The notes under the pieces: model-generated | Seen by the model: the letters and a program-made list of their open reading frames with translations, nothing else | Told to the model about the DNA's origin: nothing | Database searches by the model: none | NCBI RefSeq assembly: GCF_003334385.1 | Contig: NZ_QOWN01000178.1 | Source: Escherichia coli | Lineage (GTDB): Bacteria; Pseudomonadota; Gammaproteobacteria; Enterobacterales; Enterobacteriaceae | Length of the DNA: 475 nucleotides | Strand: one strand, 5' to 3' | Made by a program: the position numbers and the translations under genes | Part shown: positions 1-475 of the stretch, piece after piece | How the letters are laid out: every line of letters starts with the position of its first letter | Position numbering within the stretch: the stretch's first letter is position 1

Positions 1-403
1 ATTCAGACAGGATACCACGTGTCCCGCCCTACTCATCGAGCTCACAGCATGTGCATTTTTGTGTACGGGGCTGTCACCCTGTATCGCGCGCCTTTCCAGA
101 CGCTTCCACTAACACACACACTGATTCAGGCTCTGGGCTGCTCCCCGTTCGCTCGCCGCTACTGGGGGAATCTCGGTTGATTTCTTTTCCTCGGGGTACT
201 TAGATGTTTCAGTTCCCCCGGTTCGCCTCATTAACCTATGGATTCAGTTAATGATAGTGTGTCGAAACACACTGGGTTTCCCCATTCGGAAATCGCCGGT
301 TATAACGGTTCATATCACCTTACCGACGCTTATCGCAGATTAGCACGTCCTTCATCGCCTCTGACTGCCAGGGCATCCACCGTGTACGCTTAGTCGCTTA
401 ACC
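1..403 (-). rRNA. rrl: 23S ribosomal RNA, 5' portion (about nt 1-403 of the mature rRNA, domain I); the gene continues beyond the window start
   Basis: The reverse complement of 403..1 begins GGTTAAGCGACTAAGCGTACACGGTGGATGCCCTGGCAGTCAGAGGCGATGAAGGACGTGCTAATCTGCGATAAGCGTCGGTAAGGTGATATGAACCG..., the canonical 5' end of Enterobacteriaceae 23S rRNA, and continues through GGGGAAACCCAGTGTGTTTCGACACACTATCATTAACTGAATCCATAGGTTAATGAGGCGAACCGGGGGAACTGAAACATCTAAGTACCCCGAGGAAAAGAAATCAACCGAGATTCCCCCAGTAGCGGCGAGCGAACGGGGAGCAGCCC (conserved domain I helices). The mature 5' end maps to window position 403 on the minus strand. The window ends inside the gene, so the feature is partial. Match is from memory of the reference, not an alignment. 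Confidence 0.95.
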
Positions 404-475
404 TCACAACCCGAAGATGTTTCTTACGATTCATCATCGTGTTGCGAAAATTTGAGAGACTCACGAACAACTTTC
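404..475 (-). other. 16S-23S internal transcribed spacer, 3'-terminal part (pre-23S leader), containing the 5' strand of the 23S processing stem
   Basis: Directly upstream of the mature 23S 5' end in the transcript, the minus strand reads GAAAGTTGTTCGTGAGTCTCTCAAATTTTCGCAACACGATGATGAATCGTAAGAAACATCTTCGGGTTGTGA, then GGTTAAGCG. This matches the spacer that precedes 23S in E. coli-type rrn operons. By established knowledge, the bases just upstream of mature 23S pair with sequence downstream of its 3' end to form the RNase III-cleaved processing stem. The exact cleavage site cannot be fixed from this window alone. Confidence 0.8.

Noticed and set aside
112-121. Short AC dinucleotide run (acacacacac), which is GUGUGUGUGU on the rRNA strand
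   Set aside because: This is a native part of the 23S domain I sequence in enterobacteria, not a microsatellite or slippage-prone contingency locus. It is too short and sits inside a conserved structural RNA.
49-180. Plus-strand ORF, ATG at 49 to TGA at 178-180 (44 codons including stop; predicted start MCIFVYGAVTLYRAPFQ...)
   Set aside because: It lies entirely within and antisense to the conserved 23S rRNA sequence. It is short, has no recognisable ribosome-binding site context, and is the kind of chance ORF expected in GC-balanced structured RNA. No support for coding.
109-231. Minus-strand ORF, ATG at 231-229 to TAG at 111-109 (41 codons including stop; predicted start MRRTGGTETSKYPEEKKST...)
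   Set aside because: It is in the sense orientation but fully inside the mature 23S rRNA (domain I). Annotation pipelines often miscall such ORFs as hypothetical proteins; the underlying sequence is structural rRNA.
1-403. Possibility of an rRNA intervening sequence (IVS) or intron-like insertion, as in some Salmonella and other 23S genes
   Set aside because: The covered 23S region (about nt 1-403) reads continuously as canonical sequence with no extra insertion. The known enterobacterial IVS sites (helix 25 near nt 550, helix 45 near nt 1170) are outside this window.
1-475. CRISPR array, insertion-sequence ends, integron attC sites or a defence/toxin-antitoxin system
   Set aside because: There are no direct repeats with spacers, no terminal inverted repeats and no plausible protein-coding ORFs. 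The whole window is explained by rRNA plus spacer.

Overview
This window is almost entirely the 5' part of a 23S (large-subunit) ribosomal RNA gene on the minus strand, plus about 72 nt of the 16S-23S spacer that precedes it. The reverse complement of positions 403..1 reads GGTTAAGCGACTAAGCGTACACGGTGGATGCCCTGGCAGTCAGAGGCGATGAAGGACGTGCTAATCTGCGATAAGCG..., which I recognise as the mature 5' end and domain I of enterobacterial (Escherichia/Shigella-type) 23S rRNA. Positions 404-475 are the spacer immediately upstream of 23S in the transcript and carry the 5' strand of the pre-23S processing stem. I see no protein-coding gene, mobile element, CRISPR array or novel system. The only open reading frames are short (about 40 codons) and lie entirely inside the rRNA, so I treat them as spurious. 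Identification rests on recalled reference sequence, not on a database search, which I cannot run here.
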